Shown here: positions 51,069 through 62,503 of the stretch, piece by piece | Position numbering within the stretch: position 1 is the first letter of the stretch | Layout: each line of letters starts with the position of its first letter | Origin: Pseudogymnoascus verrucosus | Lineage: Eukaryota | Reading direction: 5' to 3' (one strand) | DNA: 64,000 nucleotides | NCBI GenBank assembly: GCA_001662655.1 | Contig: KV460243.1 | The notes under the pieces: generated by a model | Told to the model about the DNA's origin: nothing | Seen by the model: the letters and a program-made list of their open reading frames with translations, nothing else | Databases searched by the model: none | Made by a program: the position numbers and the translations under genes

Positions 51069-51564
51069 TGAGTGTTCATTGTCGGCGAGATGAGTGAGTG
51101 TTTGTTTAAATTGCCGCTAGAACTGTTGATGGGGTTGACAGGCTACTTATGGATTTGGTGACTTCTTAGTGTGGCATAACAATGGGGCCTCCTGACTAGC
51201 TAGTCCCGCAGGTATGGAGCACCGTCGGCGCAAACAACAAACCCCGGTACATGGATGGCATTGGCTTTTGGTGGCTGGTGGCGCATGACCGACAGTCCGG
51301 ACTCGAGATCCTCACGAAATCTTCACGAAATCTGCATCGACCGACATTGCTATTAAACGGTTGGTATAAGCGACGAGAATTAAATTGAGTGAACTAGTAG
51401 AGAGCGCGACAGAAAATATGTGGCTATGGACGAAACTCAGGGACAGGACCCTGAAAAGGGGAATTAAGCAACCTGTTAACGACCTAGCTAGGGAAAACGC
51501 CACGCATCCAGACCCTGCCCTGACCGTCCATTGTAGCACATATCTTCCAGCCCATAACGCCCCC

Positions 51565-53205
51565 TTATTCTTCCCGGGAAACAGTTTGGTTCGCAAGATC
51601 AACCTTGGTCTTGGGGAAGTCCCGCGCACTGACGCCGTTCATGAAGAGAATATCGATCTCAGCGAAGGTCCTGTCCTTCGTCTCAGGCAGGCGGAAGTAA
51701 CCCCAAATAATGCCAATGCACATGATGCCACCGTAGAAGAAACCAGACTTGGCACCCCAGTTCCACCACGCCTTCTGAGTCGTACGGGGCATAAGCTGGC
51801 CATAGATGATGACGTTGACGTTGTAGGTAGCTCTTGCGAGGGAAACACTCTTGGATCGCAGGTAACTTGACGGGATTTCGGTGACGACGGTATAGATGAC
51901 AGGGCCACAGGTGAAGAAGAAAACGAAGTATTGGAGCAGAAGAAGGGCCCCGATCACGTTGCCGTACGTTACAGGGTTGTTGGTCGGGATACCCAAGAAG
52001 CCGATGAGGAAAGTAGTCGCAGTTACGAAGCTGATACCCGACAGGATCAATGTTCGGCGACCAAATCTTGGAGTAAGAAACCATGCAACAACAACTCCTA
52101 CAATAGCTAAGGAGTATTGGCCGAGTCCGAATTTGAACGCCTGAGAGGTAGGGAGACCGGCTTGTTGGAGGAAGTATACGACGTATGACAGCAGCGGAAC
52201 GCATAGCTCTTGAATGACATAGGTAAAAACCGTAATCTCAGTTCGTCGACGGTTGACACCCTTGAATAGATCCTTATAAGCACTGGACGTGTTCATCTCG
52301 TTCTCGATCTTGATGGTGTAGACAATCATAGATAGGGTATTCGCGATTTCCTCGTCGTCGACATCTTTCTTTCGGAGTTTGCGCAATGCCACTTCGGCAT
52401 CGGCAACTCGGTTCTGTCGTACGAGCCACCAAGGAGATTCGGGGGCACACAGAATACCAATGGCCAGAGGAATCGGAAGGACCCATTGAAGCGCAAAGGG
52501 AATTCGATATGCCCACTGTCCTTCCATCTTGAGGAAGGCAGTGAGTACTCCGGTGCCGAGCAGATAGCCGATACTCCAGCACATAGAGACGAGACTGGTG
52601 AGGTAAGGGCGTAGCACATTAGGGCAGACCTCGGAGGCGTATGTCGTGGTAATCACCTGGAAGACTCCCCAGGGGATACCGAGGAGGACACCGGCGCCGA
52701 GGTACATGTAGATGCTGCTGGCAAAAAATTGGATGAACACAAAGCAGCACATGAAGAACAGGCAACCCAGCATCACCTTGCGGTAACCGAATCTGTCTGC
52801 GAGATAACTGTTCATCGCCAGGCCAATAATCTGGCCAGCGCTAACACCGCCATTTACCCCAGCTTGTATATCAGCCGGAACTTGATAATCACCACTGGCA
52901 GTGAGGTTGCCATATCTCTTTTGAAATGCTGGGAAGGCGAAGAACGCGGTGATGAAGGCTTTATCGAAGCCCTCCATGATCAACGCTGACGAAAATAGAG
53001 CCGAGAAAAAACACGCCGTGGGATATTTGCGAATGGCCTCCCTCAGCGACATCTTATGCTCCTCACTCGTGGCTTGCTGAGCGCCCTTGAGGACGTCATC
53101 TGGGGTAACATATTCCTCTTCGTCTTTGGTTGCCATGTGTACAACAGAGGTAGGGTCGTTCTTGTCTTCCTGGTGGGCAGTCTTCTCGTCCTCGTGGGAA
53201 GTCAT
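51565..53205 (-). CDS. MFS sugar porter (maltose/alpha-glucoside permease-like), intronless
   Basis: IMEGFD, LADRFGYR, TYASEVCP..LR.YLT, WAYRIPFALQW, PESPWWLVR, NRRRTEI, FGRR, EIPS..LR.K, NWGAK, LPETKDRTFAEID. Confidence 0.9.
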   Translation of the reverse strand: MTSHEDEKTAHQEDKNDPTSVVHMATKDEEEYVTPDDVLKGAQQATSEEHKMSLREAIRKYPTACFFSALFSSALIMEGFDKAFITAFFAFPAFQKRYGNLTASGDYQVPADIQAGVNGGVSAGQIIGLAMNSYLADRFGYRKVMLGCLFFMCCFVFIQFFASSIYMYLGAGVLLGIPWGVFQVITTTYASEVCPNVLRPYLTSLVSMCWSIGYLLGTGVLTAFLKMEGQWAYRIPFALQWVLPIPLAIGILCAPESPWWLVRQNRVADAEVALRKLRKKDVDDEEIANTLSMIVYTIKIENEMNTSSAYKDLFKGVNRRRTEITVFTYVIQELCVPLLSYVVYFLQQAGLPTSQAFKFGLGQYSLAIVGVVVAWFLTPRFGRRTLILSGISFVTATTFLIGFLGIPTNNPVTYGNVIGALLLLQYFVFFFTCGPVIYTVVTEIPSSYLRSKSVSLARATYNVNVIIYGQLMPRTTQKAWWNWGAKSGFFYGGIMCIGIIWGYFRLPETKDRTFAEIDILFMNGVSARDFPKTKVDLANQTVSREE

Positions 53206-54700
53206 GGTGGCGATTTACTCGACTGGCGCAATTGGCGCCGGTGGTTTGTAGCTGCGAGAGTTGAAGGTGTATCCAAAAACCTTTTCCGGATGACATGGGA
53301 CTTTATATCTATCCGGTCAAATGCCCAGCCATATCGCCCCAATTTGCGTGATATTGCCCTGCTGTCGCATGTTTGGCTTGAGTTGGTTGATCCACGGCAG
53401 GTCAGGGTACTGGTTGGACGGGACTTGAATTCTGGGGAAGTGGCTGACTTTCGGTGTAGCAATACCCCGATGGACCAAGTTAGATTAATGCCCCATGCGG
53501 GGAAGGACCAATTAACCCCGCAATTTCCATAACCTTGTCATGGGGACCGCGGCTCGCGGGACTAGGAACACGGAAAAGAGGAGAGGAAAATAGCGATAAT
53601 AGGACGATAATAGGATCATACTCGAGTACCGCGAGAACCTCGGGCGTAGTACGTGGCGCGGAATAACTTGGCTATGAGTCTGTGCACATAATAAATTCCA
53701 ACGAACAAGCCCCAGCCCTATCGACATTCAGCATATTGTTGGTGTCTCGGGTTTTAGATTGTATTGTTCACCGAGATGTTTCTATTGAAATAAGGGCTTG
53801 AAATAAATCTCAAAGGACGCTCTAACTGCTCAAAGTACGATATTAAGTCATCTGTCATATTATAGTCTTCTTCGAGTCAGTCCCCACCCATTAGCATCGG
53901 CTATACCGTCTCCTACCCCCTACAACCTTGATCCAATCGCTGTATTATAGCCACATGCTACTCCACCCTGCTTCGCTATTCTTCATCACCCCCACTATTT
54001 TTACAGCTCCGTTCCCCAGCCCTTAACCTGGGGATCTGCGGGGAAGCTGCAGATTCCACGTGTGTTTGCATTCACTGACTCGGGGAACTGATCAGCGAAG
54101 TCACAGTAATGTAGTCCGACTATTTACCCATGCGGCTTATTTCAATATCTTACGGCGCTTAGGGGTTGGTAGGGGTCATGGGACAATGGATATGCTCGCA
54201 TGACTGAGGCCTGCCAGTGGTTGTTACGGGTGGCAAGGTTGCCTATTTATTTCAGCGCTGTTTGGGTAGCAGCTGTGGAGTTCAGCTATAGGAAAATAGT
54301 CGAAATTAAAGTCAAACATCCTCTCGCATTTTTTATTCGTCCAGTTATAGCTAGATATAGGCTTCGGACTTGACGAGTAAAGTTGCAAAGAGGATTATTC
54401 TCATGCATTGCAATTTTCCTGCAGAGGGAAATTAAGTTAAGCGCCATTTTGTCCAGGAGATATGCAAGCTGTGGACGGACCTACCAGCATTATTTTCTGT
54501 TGACATGCACTACCTCCCATAGTGTTTTAGACTCGCGCTTCGATCTCAGGAATATAATACTTTGCCTTGGTGGGCTGGCTGACGCTGTACTTCATGCTCC
54601 GAGGTGGGACTTCCAGTAAACGCTATCGCCACCTGTAAGACCCCCTTTCCAGAATTGGCCGAATCGTCATTTCGCTGGCCACAGTCGTCGAGTATGGCTT

Positions 54701-56140
54701 TCATTCCACCTCATCATTCATCCAGGGATCATGCAGGAGTCCCGCCGCACTCTCTCTATCCTCTGGTGCCCACTGCAGCATCTTCCGCATGAATTGGAGG
54801 AATAGCCCCTTTCTCCGACCCTTGAGATTCTCTTCGCTGCTCTCGAGCGACGAGGCTGAAATATCAGGGGGGTCAAGCAGTTGTCCTACATGGATGTTAG
54901 TTACGTACACTTTCACTACAGGCCAAACTCGGGTAAATGGAGCGCGAACCTTGCTTGTCGAAATACCTCCAGCTTTCTTCGCTACGCTGGAGGAATTCTA
55001 CTGGTGGTGTACCCATGTATTCTACCATCTCGGCAAGATGATAGCGATTTGAGTATTTGCCGCTTGGATCGCGCCCATCAAACATGTGTTTGTCCTGGAA
55101 CAGGTCCCAGATCTGTTAGGGGTTAGCGCGTGTTTCCCATGATGATGGAGTTAGTGATATACCATCACCCCAACGTTCCAAATATCTACAGGGTAGCCCC
55201 AATCCATCTCCAGGATGACCTCAGGAGCACGATATACCCCTAGCTGTATATCTTCATTATTAACTTCATCCCCAAATCTTGCTACTCCAAAGTCGCAGAG
55301 AACGGGTGGGCCATATGACTTCGGGAGACCGAGCTTCCGGGAAGCGTAGATGGTGCGATCAAGTCTAATGGCCTTTGCGCTTGGAGAATTGGCTTCAGCG
55401 GCTTCAAATGCAGTGAGTATAGATTCATCTTCAATACCCGACAAGATGTTGCTTGCTTTGATGTCTACATGTCTGTCAGAAATCCATTGTCACAAGGCAC
55501 GAGAATGACCCACCTGTGTGAATCAGATGACAAGAACTGTGAACATAGTCCAAAGCTACAAACAGATGCAGCAGCATAGCGCGAAGTAGCGGCTCTGTAA
55601 ACCTGTGCCGAGGATTTCGATGCTGAAGCTCAAACATGCTCTGCCACAAAGGGCGATGCACGAGGCATTGATGGTACCCCTGAGGGCCTTGAACGCCAAA
55701 AGAGTCTAGCATTGTCCGAACATATTTCCTACCTGGGTGGGAGCTATCAAGCTGCTCGAACTTCTTGTAGATGCTAATCTCACGATTCTCGTCATCTGCT
55801 ATTTCACCTGTGTAGACCTTCAGAGTAGCATATGAGATTTTCCTGGGGAGGTTAGAGGGCCCAAGACTCAGAGTGATCAATGTACTTGCTGTAAATCTCG
55901 TGATAGCCACACAGTAGAGTTGTTACCAAACCCTAGTTTTCCTAGAACCTGGTACCTGGAGTTGAAGACATGGCCAATGTTGACTGGATAATAGTCGGCA
56001 GCATTGTAATTTGGCAGTCTCTCTTCCTCAATCTTCTTTATGGGCCTGATTGTGGAAGACAGGCGGGCAATTCGCGGTGTGTTATATGGCAGGTGGGGTA
56101 ATAACGGATATACCCTCCTGATACCAGCGAATATGGGCAT
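54701..56140 (-). CDS. Second SRPK-like protein kinase, multi-exon
   Basis: [89 protein letters not shown]. Confidence 0.85.
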
Positions 56141-56690
56141 CAGGCCAGCTTACACGTTTGTCTGAAATCGTGGCCAATAAAGATACAGCAGTTAGCGGTT
56201 ACCATTTGATGTTTAGACCAAGGAATTCTAAGAGAATTGCGATGATAAATAAGTTCATCTGTTACAAATCTCAAGCTTCCGACAAGGCGCAGAGTTGATG
56301 GTAGGATGTTGTTCAGGGGAACAGGGACGCGTTGGACATTCCGGGGTACGGGGAACCACAGGCAAAATTGTATGTGATTCTACAGTGACCGTACTCACTC
56401 ACTTCAGCCCTAGAGCAGGAGAATTCACGCAGCACAGTATATACAGTACGTAGAATAAATAGACAAATTAAAATATTATTTGTAGGCCTCAGGGAATATC
56501 CTGTATTCCGGAATATCTTCAACAAATACAATGGCGTTGGGAGTCTCGCTAGATTTCGTAATTTGGGCCATCAATATATTATTAACAAAGTTTTATATTA
56601 TTTATTAGATGAGTGTTGAACGAAACAACTTTGCATACGCATCCCTCTGAGGATAACCCCCTGTGAGCAGATCTAGTCGCGACGCAAATA

Positions 56691-58255
56691 TTACAGCTCC
56701 CCGTGACCAATAGGAGGACCTCCTCTATCATTGACATTGATTCGTTGGACATCTAGAAATATTTCCTTGCTAGGGAATATATTTCCATTCGCGAGTTCTT
56801 TGAGAACCACGTCGAACTTCACTCCAGCTGAGTACACAATTCCAACCTTGATTTAAGTTAGCAGTTTGTGCGAGAAAACCCAATAAAGACTTACTATTAT
56901 CGCAGAAATGATGAATAACGCTCCCAGCATAATAAGAATGAGGTAGGGGATATCCGTCTTCGACTTGTCATCAATGGCCTCAGATTTGTCGATCACTACT
57001 CCTCTATTATTGGCCAGTTGAACACGAGACTTCGGATCTTTCGAAGAATAGATCGATTCAATGTAATTCTCAACTTTGCCACAAGCAATACTGATATTGA
57101 GGTAGTTCGGATCCTTCGGATTGTTCTTCTTTTGTATGCGCCGAACGTATCTCTTGAAGACCCCACAGACTCTCCTCAGATCTTGTGACGAGTCCATCAG
57201 CAATTGTGCTGCATCACCCTTCGTGATCTTCACATTGGTCTCAAAGACCCGCGGATTCTGGAAAACAAGCTCGAGTGTAGCAATAGCCATTGTCTGTGGA
57301 ATACCCACGAAGTTGAAAACGCCCTGTTCCTTTATCGCCTCCATGTAGGTGAGGCAACCCTCCGCGTGTTGCAGAGCATTTAGAACCATCTCCGAGCTGC
57401 AATTAACAGCTACTTCGCGGTATCTGGGGTCAAAGAGGTCTTCAAAGTTCTCCACGTGCTTTGACCAAATTTCCCTGGGCCAGAATCGCCTTTTGTCATC
57501 AAAGTCCTCGCGGACGTCACGAATAACGTTTGTCTTCTGGAGGAACTGAGACATTGCCTCCGAGAGCTCAGGCTGATTCTTCAACGCAGGGCTTGCGAAG
57601 CCGTCCTGCAAGAAGAATCTCGTAAGCCCGTCCCCAACGAGCCCTGCGACATAATGACAGTATAGCTCGTATTCCTCGACCGTGTTGACGCTATTAGCGT
57701 TGTTCTCTGCCAATCTGGCATAATCGGCCATGCCATTCCCCATCTGGTTTGTGATGTCTTTTATGATATCCCTGTATTTCGGGTCAATGAGCCTGAGCTC
57801 CGTGATCACGTCGTCGAAATGCACCAATAGCTCTCGATCCTTCTCATTGGGGCCACTCTTGTTGAAATTCCAGCCATCTTTATCGAGGACCGTTTCAAAG
57901 TTGCGCAGCAATGGCTCCTTCTCCTCGAGAGATATTGTCATATCATCCTCAATAGTATCCAGGCCCCGCAGCACCAAATAGAACAAGGCCACTGGAACGA
58001 CCAAGTCAGGGTGGAGTTCTTGGACGACCATGACGAAACTCCGACTTGTCAGCTTGAGCCATTTGAAACAATCTTTGAGCGTCGCTGACTCCTTGGAGGG
58101 ATCTCGAGTGTAAGCTGGTTTATGTAGCAACTTCCTGTAGATATTTTAGCTGTTGTGCCTGCCTATAGATCGCCTTGGGGTATCTACCACTGTATGATGG
58201 GTCTTAACTGGGTAGGATGCACCGAAAAGTACAGAAACTGGCTTAATATTCCCAT
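56691..58255 (-). CDS. ERG9: Squalene synthase, 3 exons
   Basis: MGIL..HPTQLRPIIQW/K, TSRSF, LRGLDTIEDD, YCHYVAGLVG, FLQKTNVIRDVRED, FWPREIW, IPQTMAIATL, C-terminal TM; spliced end GHGEL*. Confidence 0.92.
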
Positions 58256-58809
58256 ATCGACAATTTCAAACTTAGTCCCAATGAGAGATGGTTCTTGAGA
58301 GACCACTGTAAGCCGCGATGACGATGATAATGGTGATTTTAGGGAAGGCGCGATTAACGTAACTTCCTAAGAAGGAAATATCGAATTGGAGTGCATGAAG
58401 GAGAGAATGTCTCGCGGCTGGGGATATCAAGGCTATGCCCCATTTTCTTAATCCGCATCTAATCCTCACGGGTTTGCATTCCCCGTGATAAGTCCGCGAT
58501 AATAATGATGATCACGGATTTATCACGGAGAGTATGCGGGGAATATGCGGGGTTAACCTCTTAAAATATCTTACACTAGTTACTTACTAAAGCACCCTAA
58601 AATAGTGAGTGCCACAACTCTAAATAAGCTATGCACGCCAAATGTCAAAAATTCAGTAATACGGCCGAATATCCCAACGAAAACCTCATGAATGCCTACA
58701 CTGTAGTATCACAGTACCTTGTATTCAGCCCCGTCATGACATACTCAAAGCGTGTTTGTCTACCATGTAGCTTTCCTGGCGTGTCAGTTTACCCATAATT
58801 GGTTATAAC

Positions 58810-59051
58810 AGGAAGCTACGATTGAACGCTTGCTTAATAATCGTTCTTTCCATATATAGGAACTAAAACTCTTAGGGAAACTGCGACCAAGGCTTGCTTG
58901 ATAATCATACCTTCCGTATATATATAACTTAACAGTAAGGGAAGCTGCGATTAAGGCTCTGCTTGATAATCATACCTTCCATATATATAACTTTGTAAAC
59001 CCCAAGGAAACCGCAAATGAGGCTTGCTTGGCCATCGTTCTTTCCATATAT
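58810..59051 (-). repeat. Tandem array B: 4 copies of the same unit as 14617-14922, in reverse orientation
   Basis: Units begin on + at 58810, 58875, 58939 and 59005. Reverse complement of the first: ATATATGGAAAGAACGATTATTAAGCAAGCGTTCAATCGTAGCTTCCT. Confidence 0.9.
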
Positions 59052-59189
59052 ACGACCTTATGATCTTAGTATATTCTTTCAATCAACATTATATGCGTAC
59101 TGTAGCTCCGTCTTGTTTCCATCTACAGATTCTAATATGCCAACATCATATTACCTGTTGTAGCACTAGTCATTAAAGAGCCTCCTCCA

Positions 59190-60993
59190 TCACAGCGTCA
59201 GCTGATAATTCTCCGTGACCCATCCTTCCTCATCATCCTGAGCTACACCAGGTTGTATCTCACCCTCCCCACCATTCCACAGCTTCCTCGTCAGCGTCAC
59301 AGTGATATGCTGCTGATCCTCACTAATCTGCACAAAAGTATTTCCAATTCTCACCTGTCCCGGCAGCTCATCCGCCTCCACAGGTTCCCGGACCGCCACC
59401 GCTTTTTTCTTCTTCCCACTACTCGAACGCGTCGAGGTGCCGAGATACGATCTCGGCTCGTTTCCCACATCACCGTCCACGTCATCATATATTTTTACAG
59501 CGCCGCTCCCTAAAATACCTACCTCCTCCATCTTTACTACCTGCGACGCGATCTTATGCGCCAACGCACTATCCCAGAACCCCTCGCGATGCCGCCACGA
59601 ATCTAGTGCATTTAGTGCGGCATGTCGAGTCGGCGAGTCGCGGCATTTGATAGCCACGAAGTATAGCGGGAGTACGACTCCCCAATCCGTCAGGAAAGTC
59701 GGCATGCGCTCTTTCGTGATAATCTTCCGTCCCGGTGTCTCCGGACTGGACGTAGGAGTAGAGAAATCGGAAATCAGAGACTCAGCAAGCGCGACGATGT
59801 CTTTGAAACCCGCGAGGTGTTGGTCAAACAGAATATTAGAGTTTGGAGCGAGGCAGGCGGCAAGATGGATAGAAGATGCGATGAGGTGCGCGCGGAGCAT
59901 CATGGCTCCGCGTCTGTCTTTTGGGGATAACTCGGCTTGTGAATTCGCGAGTTTGAAGAGGGCGTTTAGATATACATGGTGCAAGTCGGTGAGCTCGGCC
60001 TGCCGCGCTACTAGTTGCTGATCGTTCTGAGCTCGCTCTTGGGGAGTCTGTTCCACGCAGGAGGCGATGAAGTGGAAGTTTTTGCTCATGAGGATGTCAC
60101 ATTGGTCTTTTGCTTCGGAGATGCTCGTAAATGGGGGCAGGCTGGAGCCTCCTGGTGTGGTTCTATCGGCCTCATCGAGGACTAGACGTGGACGTGGTGT
60201 CGGTTCGCCGAAATGTGCGGCTTGGAGGTCAAGCTTTTGAAAGGCTTTTAGTATTTCATCCTCTAGTTCGTCGTTATTCCCTGAACTTGCGGCCTTTCCA
60301 CCTTCCAAGATCTGTAGTCCGCTTCGGAGATGCGTCAGGCTCTCCTCATAGCGTCCTCGTAGAAGCTCGATATGTATGAACACCAAGCACGTGACCAGCG
60401 TAGTTAGTCTTGCATTCTCTGCACCTGCACACATCCCCTCGCTCAAATAATGAATAGCAAGATTGTAATGTCGCGCTGCAAACCGGTGCCTCACATCCCC
60501 TGCGCGATCTTTGGAAATAGGCATACCATACGTCTCCTCCGCCTCCTGGAGCGAACTCAACGCCACCGCGGCATGTCGCAGCGCTTTCTCCGACTGGCTC
60601 AGCTGCAGGATGGTGAACTCCCAGAGATCCGAGTCGAAGAGCCACGCTAAATCGCGCACAGTGCGCGAAGCAAAGAAATCAAACGACCGGCGCTCGAGAA
60701 TGGTAGCATCGACGAGAGGCAGGACGCGACGCCGCTCGATTGAAGTTTCTTGGACGACCGGCGGCGACTCCGGTGCGAACCACTCGCAGGTCCGTCCCGT
60801 TGACGCGCATTTCCCGCACGCGGGATGTCTCTCATCGCATTTAACTTTGCGGATCCTGTATCCATTTATTAGAATTAGAGTTTACGGGGAGACGTAGTGG
60901 GGCTAGCGATGGTACCCACCTACAGGTGCGACAGCCCGACTTTGATCGCAGGATCCTTGCACGTGGCCTCTTCTTCGTATCGGCCGCGGACAT
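59190..60993 (-). CDS. Zn(II)2Cys6 transcription factor, 2 exons
   Basis: Spliced N-terminus MSAADTKKRPRARILRSKSGCRTCR/IRKVKCDERHPACGKCASTGRTC; ERRSFDFF, LRHAAVALSSLQE, HYNLAI, HLRSG, LPLYFVAIKCRD..R..REGFWDS. Confidence 0.9.
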
Positions 60994-62503
60994 CAGAGGC
61001 GCGCGGCTGGGTTAAGGTGTACTCTTGGCTGTCATCCGTACTCGACGGCGACGGAATAATTTGCGGGTGGTTCTGTATTGTATTATGTCCACGAGATGCA
61101 AGCTGGAAAGGGGTCGTGGCGCAGTGGCAGAACGCAGGGGGTGGGGGAACCCAGTCAAGCGAAAGCAAGGCTGATTTTACAACAAGTCGAACGAATTGAA
61201 TAAACTGAAAGCGCACAAATATGTTGTTTGCCTTGGTGTAGGAACAATATTTTCTTCTTATACAATGGCGGTTCAGGGTATCGAATAGGGGATATATTGT
61301 CCCTGGACTGTCAGCATCGTTGAGTACGCACCGAGGTGACGTTCACGGCTATTTTTAGACGATGAAGAATTGGCGTCCAACGGTGGCTGTACGCACCCCC
61401 TTAGCCGAGCAACAAAATGGTACGTACCGCTATTCCCACACCCTCGCCTATAAAATGAAAACGAAGGAAATTGTATAGGATTAAGTAAGATATTATTTAC
61501 TTCTTTGCTCATTTATTATCCACTGTATACACTTTATTCTACCTAACTTTACCTCTGGAGCTAAATCTTAAATTTGGAGTATTATGAATTGAGTGAATCA
61601 AAGAGATTTATGCCAAGTATCAGTAGCGCTTGATGGCAAAGGATATAAATCCAAATGTTCTCTTCTCCCATCCGCTTTGTACTGCAGGCTTACTATATCA
61701 TAGACGAAAGCAAAAGTACATGATACGCAACAGTGACGCGGCATGTGATTTGAATAAATATGCCCAATTATGGCTATGTTTCCGACATGCTTCTCCAACA
61801 TGCAGTCAGACGTGAGGTTTCTCATCGTGGCTTACTACTCGTCCTGTCAGATAATGCGTCACCTGTGTTATGGGTGTACGCCTGGCTTACAGTCGGCTTA
61901 GTTGGATGTCTATGGTATAACGGAAGTCTGATAATCCTACTTAAAATCTAGACCTCGTTGATATATTATCGAACACAGTACGTCTCCGTCCGGAGATATA
62001 ATAGATGCCAAGTATGAGCTGAGCTACCCTGGCGACCCTGGCGATCCTACCGGTTAAATTGTCTGTCGCTATCAACAACCAGGATGCGACAACAAACAAA
62101 GACAAGAAATCGCAAACGAGGCTCTTGAATCATTAGTAAAGTACAGTGAACTTATCCTGTGCATGTGATAAACTATTCAGTACGCAAGGAATCCGATATT
62201 TGTGCCACAGCATACTCTTGACCAGCGAGTGTTTACCGATTATACGTCGCTACCGGGTTGTGCCTGCCTCGTTGTAGCCTTGTCGTGGAACAAACGTGTG
62301 TTCTCGATCAAGACTCTTGACTTGCACAACACCCGAGGGTAAAACCCCAGTTTCGACTCTTTTACACAATCAACATAGACAAAGTCAGCAAGTTGCTGTC
62401 TACTGTTATTACGAGCGTCAGAAAAATACCCAAGAGACAGCCCCGAGAACGCTGCAATTTCGAGCTCTGAGTTGACTGGAAAGAGCGAACTAAATCTGCA
62501 ATC

